Assembly: GCA_041595875.1 (NCBI GenBank)
Contig: JBFHJN010000004.1
Location: 7,130 to 71,129 of the forward strand
Reading direction: 5' to 3'
Origin: Coriobacteriia bacterium
GTDB lineage: Bacteria > Actinomycetota > Coriobacteriia > Anaerosomatales > Anaerosomataceae
Length of the DNA: 64,000 bases
Of the stretch, positions 9,794 to 18,017 are shown piece after piece (within the stretch, counting starts at the first letter, position 1; each line of letters begins with the position of its first letter). The notes beneath the pieces are model-generated. The model saw nothing but the letters and a program-made list of their open reading frames with translations, did not search any database and was not told where the DNA came from. The translations under genes were made by a program, and so were the position numbers.

Positions 9794-10090
9794 CTACTCA
9801 GCTGCAGGGCATCCGACACATGCGGATTCGCCACCAGACGAAGGACAGGAGCCGGCCGCTGTGGCCGGTTCCTTCTTTTCTGCGACACCGCTGGTCGCCG
9901 GTGTAGCCGCAGCCCGTCGCGAGTCGGTGTTGTAAAAGCCGCTGCCCTTGAAGTGCACACCTACCGGCGTGAACACCCGCTTGGTCTGTCCGCCGCACTC
10001 AGGACAGAGCACGTCTGAGGAGTCCGAGAACTTACGCACGATCTCAAACGTCGTGTCACAGACGGTGCAGCGGAAGTCATACGCGGGCAT
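9794..10090 (-). CDS. FmdB-family zinc-ribbon protein
   Basis: MPAYDFRCTVCDTTFEIVRKFSDSSDVLCPECGG...FKGSGFYNTDSR is the classic FmdB/CxxC_CxxC_SSSS layout. The tail is Cys/Gly-rich. Confidence 0.85.
   Translation of the reverse strand: MPAYDFRCTVCDTTFEIVRKFSDSSDVLCPECGGQTKRVFTPVGVHFKGSGFYNTDSRRAAATPATSGVAEKKEPATAAGSCPSSGGESACVGCPAAE
9848..9882 (+). terminator. intrinsic terminator for glpX, embedded in the convergent FmdB-like CDS
   Basis: 10 bp stem GGAGCCGGCC / GGCCGGTTCC (one G-U pair) with loop GCTGT, followed by TTCTTTTCTG. It starts about 55 nt past the glpX stop. Confidence 0.55.
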
Positions 10091-10192
10091 AAGAGCGTCC
10101 TTTCTCGAACAGCAGCAAAAGACCCTCGCACCATAAGGTGCGGGAAGGTGCAGAATACAACGGCCTCAAGCGCTTCTGCAAGGACGCCCAAT

Positions 10193-10201
10193 TGGTATAC
10201 T
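10193..10201 (+). promoter_or_regulatory. candidate extended -10 element giving a leaderless transcript for the PASTA gene
   Basis: TGG-TATACT ends 7 nt before the A of the ATG at 10209. There is no Shine-Dalgarno between them and the -35 is weak. Confidence 0.3.
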
Positions 10202-10208
10202 CGCCTAC

Positions 10209-11279
10209 ATGACAGACAGGCCACGCAGAAAACGTCTCGTCGCTGTATGGCTGCTTCCCTCGATAGCCGCGCTCGTGTTGGTGGTATCGGGCGGCGCGCT
10301 GCTCGTGCGCGCCAACTATGTCTCCACCCTCATCTCGACGCCTGACGTCACCGGACGTCCCGATTCCACAGCTCGTGAGAATCTGAGCCTGTCCGGACTC
10401 TCCTACGAGGTGTCAGGAAGGCAGTTCTCTGCCGAAGTCCCTGAAGGCTCCGTTCTCTCTCAGCAGCCGGCAGCCGGTGAGCGTGTGGAACGGGGCACCG
10501 TTGTGCAGGTGGTACTCTCGGCGGGCACCGAGGATCTCATCATGCCGGACCTGATAGGTCTTCCGCTACAGACCGCCAAGGACAGATTGCGGGATCTGGG
10601 GCTTGGTTCGTCAGTCCAGGATGTCGTGTCCGAGGCGGAGGCGGGCACGGTCCTTGCGTCCTTCCCGGCTGCCGGAGCCGATGTCCGTACGGGAACGTCG
10701 GTGCGACTCTCTGTCGCGACCGGCGGGGACGTGGTCGACTCGCTGCTGCCGTATGACCTTCATGATGTCACCGTTGCGCTGGACCCGGTCGGGGTCGAGG
10801 GTGTCACCGGGGATGTGAGCATGGACATCGCCCGACGGCTCAGGTCCCTGCTTGAAGCCTCTGGCGCCACCGTGACGGTGTCCCGCTCAACCACGGAAGG
10901 GGTCGTCCCTGACCCGGTCAGAGCCAGCGCCATCGCTTCACCGGCACCCGACGTCGCCGTCGGGATCGCATTCTCCACCACCCGCGAGGCCGGGATCACG
11001 GCTATCGTCTTGCAGTCGTCAGATCCCTCCATCAGTGAGCGTTCTCTCGCGCTAGGGAAGGGATTCACGTCCGCTGTGAGATTGCCCGGGCAAAGCGTGA
11101 ACGCCTATCAGAGCGGCAGCGATCCGGTACTCGGCAAGCTCCTTGCTCCTGGTATGCGGGTGTATGTGGGCGATCCGGATGATCCGGACGATGCGGTCCG
11201 GTTCCAAGACCCGGATTGGGCGGACGCCGTCTCAAGAGCCATATACAAGTCGATAGGCGACCTCTGGGCACCCAGATGA
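10209..11279 (+). CDS. membrane-anchored protein: 2 PASTA domains plus a degenerate Amidase_3-like C-terminal domain
   Basis: N-terminal TM helix (LVAVWLLPSIAALVLVVSGGALLV). Two PASTA-like repeats (PDVTGRP...VVLSAG and MPDLIGLP...LSVATG). The C-terminal ~170 aa follow the Amidase_3 order, but the expected DPGHGG is LDPVGVEG, SIHxN is GIAFST, and the late Glu strand is RVYVGD. Confidence 0.8.
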   Translation: MTDRPRRKRLVAVWLLPSIAALVLVVSGGALLVRANYVSTLISTPDVTGRPDSTARENLSLSGLSYEVSGRQFSAEVPEGSVLSQQPAAGERVERGTVVQVVLSAGTEDLIMPDLIGLPLQTAKDRLRDLGLGSSVQDVVSEAEAGTVLASFPAAGADVRTGTSVRLSVATGGDVVDSLLPYDLHDVTVALDPVGVEGVTGDVSMDIARRLRSLLEASGATVTVSRSTTEGVVPDPVRASAIASPAPDVAVGIAFSTTREAGITAIVLQSSDPSISERSLALGKGFTSAVRLPGQSVNAYQSGSDPVLGKLLAPGMRVYVGDPDDPDDAVRFQDPDWADAVSRAIYKSIGDLWAPR

Positions 11280-11329
11280 TTCATGTAGACTGGCGACAGC
11301 GTCCCTGAAGCGGACAAGTGGAGTTACCT

Positions 11330-12337
11330 ATGCGTTTTGGAAAACTGACTGCGGCGCTGACAGTGCTCATGACGATCTCCCTGCTCACGCCGGGTGTCGC
11401 ACTGGGGGCCAAGTCTGAGATAGAGCAGCTTGAAGAGCAGCTTGCAGACGTAAGGTCGCAGGCCGAGAAAGCCGGCGACGCGTACTCGGAGGCCTACTGG
11501 GTCCTTGACAAGACCAACGCCTCGATCGCACAGAGCGACAAGGAGCTCGCGCTGCTCAAAGAGGAACTGGCGGTCGCGTCCGCGAGCCTGTCAGAACGTG
11601 CGGTGGAGATGTATCGCTCAGGCGGCGTCGACTATCTGATGCTGCTCTTCTCGTCAGAGACCCTCGACGACATGCTGACGAGGCTCGAGTACGTCCAGCG
11701 ACTGGGCCTGCAGGATGCCGAGACCGTCTCGCAGGTGAAGACCCTTCAAGCCGAGATCAATGAGAAACGCTCCCAGGTCCTTGAACTCCAGGAGACCCAG
11801 GCGGACGAAGCGGCGAAGCTGAAGAAGAAGTCGGACGCGCTTCAAGACAAGCTCGCCGACATCCAGGCCGACTACGACGCCTTGCAAGCGAAGCTGGACG
11901 CCGCTCGCAAAGCGGCCAACCAGCCCGCATCTGCCAAGCCCGGCGCCAACGGCATGGTGTTCCCCGTCAAGGGCGCCTACACCTATACCGACACGTGGGG
12001 TGCTGCCAGGTCCGGGGGTCGCAGTCACCAGGGAACCGACATCATGGCCAGCCATGGGACCCCGCTGGTAGCCGTCATGTCCGGCACGATCCGCAGCAAG
12101 TCCAACACGCTTGGAGGCCTGACGATCTGGCTGACCGCCGACAACGGATGGGCCTTCTACTACGCGCATCTCAACGGCTATGCGAAGACATCCGGACGCG
12201 TCAGCGCAGGAGAGGTCATCGGCTACGTGGGAAGCACCGGCAATGCGTCCGCAAGTGCTCCGCACTGCCATTTTGAGATCCATCCCAATGGCGGATCAGC
12301 CGTCAATCCGTATCCGTATCTGAAGGCGATGGAATAA
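11330..12337 (+). CDS. secreted coiled-coil M23 (LytM) metallopeptidase, EnvC/PcsB-like architecture
   Basis: Signal peptide MRFGKLTAALTVLMTISLLTPGVALGA and ~190 aa of heptad-rich coiled coil. The C-terminal M23 domain has intact HxxxD (SHQGTD) and HxH (HCHFEIH). The ORF-track start is a GTG at 11318; the ATG at 11330 has GTGGAG upstream. Confidence 0.85.
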   Translation: MRFGKLTAALTVLMTISLLTPGVALGAKSEIEQLEEQLADVRSQAEKAGDAYSEAYWVLDKTNASIAQSDKELALLKEELAVASASLSERAVEMYRSGGVDYLMLLFSSETLDDMLTRLEYVQRLGLQDAETVSQVKTLQAEINEKRSQVLELQETQADEAAKLKKKSDALQDKLADIQADYDALQAKLDAARKAANQPASAKPGANGMVFPVKGAYTYTDTWGAARSGGRSHQGTDIMASHGTPLVAVMSGTIRSKSNTLGGLTIWLTADNGWAFYYAHLNGYAKTSGRVSAGEVIGYVGSTGNASASAPHCHFEIHPNGGSAVNPYPYLKAME

Positions 12338-12384
12338 CGGTTGCACGCACGGGCCTCGCATGCGAGGATTATGCCCGTATCGAT

Positions 12385-12480
12385 CACCCGTATCGGGAGC
12401 TGCGTGAGCGGCTGAGAGGCGGCCACGTGCCGCGACCGAAAGACTGCACCGGTAATGCGGAGCAGCAAGACGGCGGGAGC
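12385..12480 (+). promoter_or_regulatory. TPP (THI-box) riboswitch upstream of thiT-thiN
   Basis: GGGAGC..GGCTGAGAGG, a P3 hairpin GCGGC-CACGT-GCCGC, then ACCGAAAGACTGCACCGGTAATGCGGAGCAGCAAGA. This resembles the consensus CTGAGA...ACC..GA.CTGA.CCGGGTAATGCCGGCG.AGGGA. The downstream genes are a thiamine transporter and thiamine pyrophosphokinase. Confidence 0.7.
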
Positions 12481-12542
12481 CTTCTTCTTGGGTTCTCTCT
12501 CAAGTCCTCACTCCTCCCACGCCGCATCCCGCGGCCGTGAGA

Positions 12543-13145
12543 ATGGAGTGGCAAGTGTCCAAGAACAGCCTCACCACCAGAAGTGAACGTGTCCGCTTGA
12601 TCGCCGAGATAGGCCTCAGCATCGCACTGGCCGTTGTGCTGGGAATGATGAAGGTCTGGCAGATGCCGCAGGGCGGAGAGATCTCGCTGGCCATGCTCCC
12701 GCTACTCGTCCTGTCATTCAGACGCGGTATCTTGCCCGGGTTGTTGGCCGGGGCCCTGTACGGAGTCCTGGATGCGCAGCTCAACCCGTTCGTGGTCCAT
12801 TGGGTACAGTACATTCTCGACTATCCGCTGGCTTACGCCGTTGTCGGTCTGGCGGGCGTCACAGCCTCTCAGCTGCGCTCTTCCGTCGGCCGATCAGGGC
12901 GCACCGTCGCGCTCATCGCAGGGGGCACGGCACTGGGCGCGATCGCCCGCTACGCCGCCCACGTCGTCTCAGGCGCTGTCTTCTTCGGCGAGTACGCGCC
13001 TGCCGGACAGCCGGTAGTGCTCTACTCGGCTGGGTACAACTCCTTTGTGCTCGTCTCGGCTGTAGCATGTGCTGCCGCAGCCATAGCCATCGTGCCCGTG
13101 CTGTCCCGCGTGGTACCCGTTCGCAAGGAGATCCTCGCGTCATGA
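12543..13145 (+). CDS. thiT: thiamine transporter ThiT (ECF S-component-like)
   Basis: Six hydrophobic helices. ISLAMLPLLVLSFRRGILPGLLAGALYGVL and YILDYPLAYAVVGLAG resemble ThiT. It sits behind the TPP riboswitch. The start is uncertain (GTG 12537, ATG 12543 or GTG 12555). Confidence 0.75.
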   Translation: MEWQVSKNSLTTRSERVRLIAEIGLSIALAVVLGMMKVWQMPQGGEISLAMLPLLVLSFRRGILPGLLAGALYGVLDAQLNPFVVHWVQYILDYPLAYAVVGLAGVTASQLRSSVGRSGRTVALIAGGTALGAIARYAAHVVSGAVFFGEYAPAGQPVVLYSAGYNSFVLVSAVACAAAAIAIVPVLSRVVPVRKEILAS

Positions 13146-13786
13146 TCGCCATGATCGTCGGTGCCGCGCCAGTGGCCGGCTCCGAAGCGCTCATTGCCGG
13201 GCTCGCCAAGGAGTGCCAGCTCGTGGTCGCTGCGGATGCCGCAGGCGAGTGGTGCATCTCGGCCGGTGTCGTGCCCGACATAGCGGTGGGCGACTTCGAC
13301 TCCGCGCGTCCGGGCGCCGAGAAGCGCCTGCGCGGCGCCGGCGTGCGTGTCCTCAGGTTCCCCGCCGAGAAAGACGAGAGCGACCTCGACCTCGCGGTCG
13401 CGGCTGCACGTGAAGCCGGCGCTACAAGGCTGGTGTTCTCGGCATGCACGAGCGCACGTCTGGACCATACGCTCGCAGCGCTCGGGACCGTGGCGGCGAA
13501 CGCCGATCTCCACCCGACCGTCCGTGAACCGCATCTTACGGCCTGGGCGGTCACATCGACGGACGATGGATGCCTCGCGTTGACACTGCCGGCCGGCACC
13601 ACGGTCTCGGTGATCGCGATAGGGGAGGCGAGCGGGGTCACCCTCGACGGCTTCATGTATCCGCTTGCCGACGCGACGCTCGACCCGCTGTCGTCACGTG
13701 GCATCAGCAACGTGACGACCGGCGACAGCTCCACGGTCCGTGTGGGCTCCGGCACCTTGCTGGTGGTGGCTTCAGGCGACTTGTAG
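13142..13786 (+). CDS. thiN: thiamine pyrophosphokinase
   Basis: VAADAAGEW....PDIAVGDFDS, FPAEKDESDLDLAV and a C-terminal thiamine-binding beta domain. The ATG at 13142 overlaps the thiT stop (ATGA). The ORF-track N-terminal extension is off-frame overlap with thiT. Confidence 0.85.
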   Translation: MIAMIVGAAPVAGSEALIAGLAKECQLVVAADAAGEWCISAGVVPDIAVGDFDSARPGAEKRLRGAGVRVLRFPAEKDESDLDLAVAAAREAGATRLVFSACTSARLDHTLAALGTVAANADLHPTVREPHLTAWAVTSTDDGCLALTLPAGTTVSVIAIGEASGVTLDGFMYPLADATLDPLSSRGISNVTTGDSSTVRVGSGTLLVVASGDL

Positions 13787-13887
13787 GGCACATTCCTTGA
13801 GGTACGCACTCCAGTCCCGGGGTGTAACTGCCGATACTGGCAGAAGGCGGGCTAGCCCGCGCTCATATCGGGGGATGGTTGCAGTAT

Positions 13888-15633
13888 ATGTCGCAGCAGA
13901 CTGACAGCAGCACAGGACATCGGTCCAATGGTGCGATCGTCTTGGGGGCGATCGCACTGGTGCTCGTCGCGCTCATAAGCGGTATCACGCGTTCAGCCGT
14001 CGCCGCGCTGTCCGCGGGCTTTGTCGCGTGCGTGATCATCTGGCTTGTCGCACGTTCCGCCAAGCCCGTCGCACCGCCGATCGTCCATCCGCTCATCTAC
14101 GACCCCCCGGCGCCCGTGTACGAGCCGCCGCGTGTCCCGCCCACGCTCGAACTGGACGTCGTGGTGCGCTCGCTGATGGACGCGTGCACCGGCAAGGGCC
14201 GCGCAGTCGCTGCTCATCTATGGATGGAGGACCCGTCAAGCGGAACGCTGAGGCTGGTCCAATCCGCAGGGCCCATGGCTCCGTCTTCTCAGCCTGTGAC
14301 TCTGGATGACCCCATCCTCGGACAAGCCGTCCGAGAGAACCACGCGGTGCTTGAACAGCTTGCCCGGATCCGCACGATGGACCAGGAGAGGCTCGTCTGG
14401 CGCTATGCGATGCCGCTGGACGCGGGCGACAGCATGGGGGTCGCAGCTGTCGATATCGAGTCCGACGAGCAGCCCGACGGCGAGCTTCTGGCACGATCGA
14501 CAGCGCCTATCCGCGGCGCTTTGGCAGGCGCTCTGGCCATCCACATAGCGCGCTCGGAGATGGAGATCGCCAAGAACCTGGTGGAGGTCGCACGCGATCT
14601 GAGCAGGGTGCTTGACCCCAAAGAGGTCATCGAAGCCACCATGGAGCGTGCGGTCAGGCTCTGCGATGCAGCAACGGCAAGCATCATGCTCTTCGATGAG
14701 GCGCGCAAAGCCCTCGTCATAGAGAGCTCGTTCGGTCTGCCGGCCGAGGTCGTGGAGCGAACCGTGATTCCTGCCGGAGAGGGGATCGCCGGTTGGGTGC
14801 TCGCGACCGGACAGCCGCTTCTGATAGAGGACCTCCCGGCGCGGCAACGACCCGGTCGTCGACATGGTGTGAGGTCAGCGGTGTCTGTTCCTCTCGGCGA
14901 TGACGACGGGATCCTCGGCGTCATCAATGTGGGTAGCCGTTCTTTCCCGGCACGATTCACCGACTCGCATCTGCATGCGCTTGAGACCCTGGGAAAGCAG
15001 TCGGCGGTCGCCCTCAGAAACGCCCGGGCAGTCGACGCATCGCGTGACCTGTACTTCGAGACGCTGAGAGCGTTGAGCCTGGCCCTGGAGACAAAAGACC
15101 CGTACGCCAGTGGGGGGACGGACCGCGTTGTCGAATACACGGTGGCGATGGGTGCCGCATTCGGACTAGAGGATGATCAGCAAGAGGCCCTACGGATAGC
15201 CGCTCTGCTCCACGACATCGGCATGGAGATCGTGGGGGAGTCAGTCAGAAACGAGAGCAGACCGCTATCAACGGTCGAGCAGGCTTTGCTCAAGATGCAC
15301 CCGCAGGTCGCCATGGAGATACTTGAACAAGCTCCCGCGCTACGCAATGTCGCGCCGATCGTGTATCACCACCATGAGTGGTTCGACGGGCACGGGTACG
15401 TAGGCGGACTTGCAGGCGAGTCGATCCCGCTAGGCGCAAGGATCCTCGCTGTGGCGGACGCGTTCGTCGCCATGACGTCGGATCGCCCGTATCGGGCTGC
15501 GATGACGGCCGGTGAAGCCCTATCGGAGCTGGGGGACAAAGCAGGGACCCAATTCGACCCCGCCGTGGTGGACATCTTCATAGAGGTCCTGGGCGAGCAG
15601 TCGAACCGGGTCCCACAAGAACCGAAATCGTGA
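13888..15633 (+). CDS. membrane-anchored GAF-GAF-HD-GYP domain protein (putative c-di-GMP phosphodiesterase)
   Basis: Two N-terminal TM helices, a Pro-rich linker and two GAF-like regions. The HD-GYP domain has LLHDIGM and VYHHHEWFDGHGYVGGL...VADAFVAMTSDRPYR. The GYP motif reads GYV. Confidence 0.85.
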   Translation: MSQQTDSSTGHRSNGAIVLGAIALVLVALISGITRSAVAALSAGFVACVIIWLVARSAKPVAPPIVHPLIYDPPAPVYEPPRVPPTLELDVVVRSLMDACTGKGRAVAAHLWMEDPSSGTLRLVQSAGPMAPSSQPVTLDDPILGQAVRENHAVLEQLARIRTMDQERLVWRYAMPLDAGDSMGVAAVDIESDEQPDGELLARSTAPIRGALAGALAIHIARSEMEIAKNLVEVARDLSRVLDPKEVIEATMERAVRLCDAATASIMLFDEARKALVIESSFGLPAEVVERTVIPAGEGIAGWVLATGQPLLIEDLPARQRPGRRHGVRSAVSVPLGDDDGILGVINVGSRSFPARFTDSHLHALETLGKQSAVALRNARAVDASRDLYFETLRALSLALETKDPYASGGTDRVVEYTVAMGAAFGLEDDQQEALRIAALLHDIGMEIVGESVRNESRPLSTVEQALLKMHPQVAMEILEQAPALRNVAPIVYHHHEWFDGHGYVGGLAGESIPLGARILAVADAFVAMTSDRPYRAAMTAGEALSELGDKAGTQFDPAVVDIFIEVLGEQSNRVPQEPKS

Positions 15634-15640
15634 ACGCGTA

Positions 15641-15829
15641 CTAGCCGCGCTGAACCTTGCCGGCCTTCATGCACTTCGTGCACACATTCATCTTCTTCGT
15701 CGTACCCTCGACCACGACTGACACCTTCTGGATGTTCGGGTGGAACATACGATTGGTGACGCGGTGCGAGTGGCTGACGTTGCGACCCGCGCTGGGATGC
15801 TTCCCACACACGCTGCAAACCTGCGACAT
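15641..15829 (-). CDS. rpmB: 50S ribosomal protein L28
   Basis: [45 protein letters not shown] upstream of the ATG at 15829. The ORF-track start at 15847 is an extension. Confidence 0.93.
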   Translation of the reverse strand: MSQVCSVCGKHPSAGRNVSHSHRVTNRMFHPNIQKVSVVVEGTTKKMNVCTKCMKAGKVQRG

Positions 15830-15889
15830 CTCTACCGACTCCTCCACAGTTCAAAGCGCGCTGAGCGCTCATAGACGAAAAACGCACAT

Positions 15890-15919
15890 ATACTAACATG
15901 CGAGAACCAACACCGACAA
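15890..15919 (-). promoter_or_regulatory. candidate rpmB promoter
   Basis: On the minus strand: TTGTCG, an 18 nt spacer, then TGT-TAGTAT (extended -10). Confidence 0.35.
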
Positions 15920-16007
15920 GCGGCGTGTCAAACCAAGAGCACTGGCATCATACCGCGATCTTTCAGCTATACTTGTTCGAATCAAATGCGCGAAGGAAGG
16001 CACCGAC

Positions 16008-16361
16008 ATGACCGAGACGATACAGGGCACGATCACGATCGCGAACGACGTCCTTGCGGACATCGCAGGGTTCGTCGCGCTCGAGTGCTATGGAGTGGTC
16101 GGCATGGCGAGTCCGTCCTTGCGAGACGGCGTCGCGCAGCTGCTTTCACGTGACAAGCTGCGCAAGGGTGTCGTGATCACGAACGATGACGATGCTCACG
16201 TCCGAACCGACCTCTACATCGTCGTCGAGCACGGCACCAATCTCGCAGAGGTATCCCGTAACCTGGTCGACCGAGTCAAGTACGCGCTCACCCATGACGC
16301 CGATGTCCAGGTGAACGCCGTCAATGTCCACGTACAGGGCATCAAGGTCCGCAAGCCATAA
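16008..16361 (+). CDS. Asp23/Gls24 family envelope stress protein
   Basis: TITIANDVLADIAGFVALECYGVVGM is a typical Asp23 N-terminus. The gene is conserved upstream of DAK2/FakA genes. Confidence 0.88.
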   Translation: MTETIQGTITIANDVLADIAGFVALECYGVVGMASPSLRDGVAQLLSRDKLRKGVVITNDDDAHVRTDLYIVVEHGTNLAEVSRNLVDRVKYALTHDADVQVNAVNVHVQGIKVRKP

Positions 16362-16374
16362 CCTGGAGTCGCTG

Positions 16375-17985
16375 ATGACAGATCAAGCCCGCCGTGCGAC
16401 GGCAGTACAACTGGTCGCCGCCGCCGCTGACGCGCTGAAGGCCCACAAAGACGAGATAAACAAGCTCAACGTCTTCCCAGTGCCCGACGGCGATACTGGC
16501 ACGAATATGTCTCTCACCATGGATGCAGTGATCGCCGATCTTGGCGACCTGGGTCCTGATGCCGGTCTCGCCGAGGTGGGTAAGGCCATACAGCACGGTT
16601 CGCTGATGGGGGCTCGCGGCAACTCGGGCGTCATCCTCAGTCAGATACTGCGTGGCCTGTGCGAGGTCGTCGGCAGTTCAGCGGAGCTCACCCCCCACGT
16701 GATAGCCGATGCGCTCGATCGCTCGACGACAGTCGCTTTCCAGGCGGTGCGCAAGCCGGTCGAAGGCACCATGCTCACCGTCCTCAAAGACACCGCAAAG
16801 GTCGCCCGCACGGGAGTCGAGGCGGGATCCTCGCTAGACGAGCTTCTCGAGTCGATAGTCCAGGCAGCCTACGAATCGGTCCGTCGAGGTCCCGACCTGC
16901 TACCCGTGCTCAAGGAGAATGGTGTAGTGGATGCCGGTGGATTCGGTCTTGCCGTTCTCGCAGAAGGGTTCGTGGCGGCCATGGAGGGTCACGAGTTCAA
17001 AGCGCGCGACCTGACTCTGACCACTGAATCGGTGAGAGTCGAGGTAGTGGACGACTGGGATGACGAGGAGTACCTCTACTGCACCGAGTTCCTTCTCTTC
17101 GGAGCAGACGCCGAGCTTACGTTCCTTGAGGACTGGGTCGCCCAGAAGGGCGGTTCGCAGCTTGTCGTCGGTGACAGCGAGGTCTACAAGATCCACGTGC
17201 ACACCGATGACCCCGGTAGCGTCATCGCCTGGGCTACGTCACTGGGTGAAGTGGGCGAGGTCCACATCCACAACATGCGCCGCCAGACCGCCGAACGCAG
17301 CAAGGGGCTGAAGGAGAACACTGAGCCTCCCAAGCCTATCGGCTTTGTGGCCGTGGCGGCCGGTTCAGGGATGGCCGACATCCTGAAGAGCCTGGGAGTC
17401 GATCAAGTCGTGAGCGGCGGTCAGACGATGAACCCGTCCACGGCCGAGTTGCTCGAGGCGGTAGAGCAAGTCAACGCCCAGAGCGTCATCATCCTCCCCA
17501 ACAACAAGAACATCGTGATGGCAGCGCAGCAGGTCCCTGCCGTTGCCGATCGTGCGGTCTACGTGGTGCCCACCACATCCGTGCCTGAGGCCTTTGCCGC
17601 CCTCCTTGGTTTCGATGCCACCGCGTCTGTAGAAGACGCGGTCAAGGCGATGACCGAGGCGGCTTCTTACGTGACCACTGGTGAAGTCACCACAGCCATC
17701 AAAGACTCAAAGGCCAAGTCCGGCCCCATCAAGGCCGGCCAGGTCATCGGCATCAGCAACCATGAGATAGAGATCGTCGGAGACGATATCGTGGATGTCG
17801 CTGTGCAGCTCGTGGGCGTGATCGCCGAGGATGCCGAGACGCTCACGATACTTGCCGGCGAGGACCTCACCGACGATGAACTCGGCCGTATCACGGCTGC
17901 AGTTGAAGACGCACATCCTGATCTGGAGATCGAGACTCACAAAGGTGGACAGCCGCTCTACCCGGTGGTGCTCGCAGCCGAGTGA
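16375..17985 (+). CDS. fakA: DAK2-domain protein YloV/FakA-like (fatty acid kinase ATP-binding subunit)
   Basis: Dak2 motif FPVPDGDTGTNMSLT, GARGNSGVILSQ, and a C-terminal DegV-like/FakA_C region. The asp23-fakA-degV-recG order matches Firmicutes. Start at the ATG at 16375 after CTGGAG. Confidence 0.82.
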   Translation: MTDQARRATAVQLVAAAADALKAHKDEINKLNVFPVPDGDTGTNMSLTMDAVIADLGDLGPDAGLAEVGKAIQHGSLMGARGNSGVILSQILRGLCEVVGSSAELTPHVIADALDRSTTVAFQAVRKPVEGTMLTVLKDTAKVARTGVEAGSSLDELLESIVQAAYESVRRGPDLLPVLKENGVVDAGGFGLAVLAEGFVAAMEGHEFKARDLTLTTESVRVEVVDDWDDEEYLYCTEFLLFGADAELTFLEDWVAQKGGSQLVVGDSEVYKIHVHTDDPGSVIAWATSLGEVGEVHIHNMRRQTAERSKGLKENTEPPKPIGFVAVAAGSGMADILKSLGVDQVVSGGQTMNPSTAELLEAVEQVNAQSVIILPNNKNIVMAAQQVPAVADRAVYVVPTTSVPEAFAALLGFDATASVEDAVKAMTEAASYVTTGEVTTAIKDSKAKSGPIKAGQVIGISNHEIEIVGDDIVDVAVQLVGVIAEDAETLTILAGEDLTDDELGRITAAVEDAHPDLEIETHKGGQPLYPVVLAAE

Positions 17986-18017
17986 CGCCGGGCCCCGGAT
18001 TGAACGGAGAGTCCTAA

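Noticed and set aside
12374-12395. Direct repeat CCCGTATCG x2, 13 nt apart
   Set aside because: It is too short and only two copies. It lies at the 5' edge (P1 region) of the TPP riboswitch leader and is not an array or a mobile-element end.
12913-13809. 298 aa minus-strand ORF, and the 12800..13141 extension of the thiN ORF
   Set aside because: It is antisense or off-frame to thiT and thiN, with Arg/Ser/Pro-rich composition. The thiN start at 13142 is supported by the ATGA overlap with thiT.
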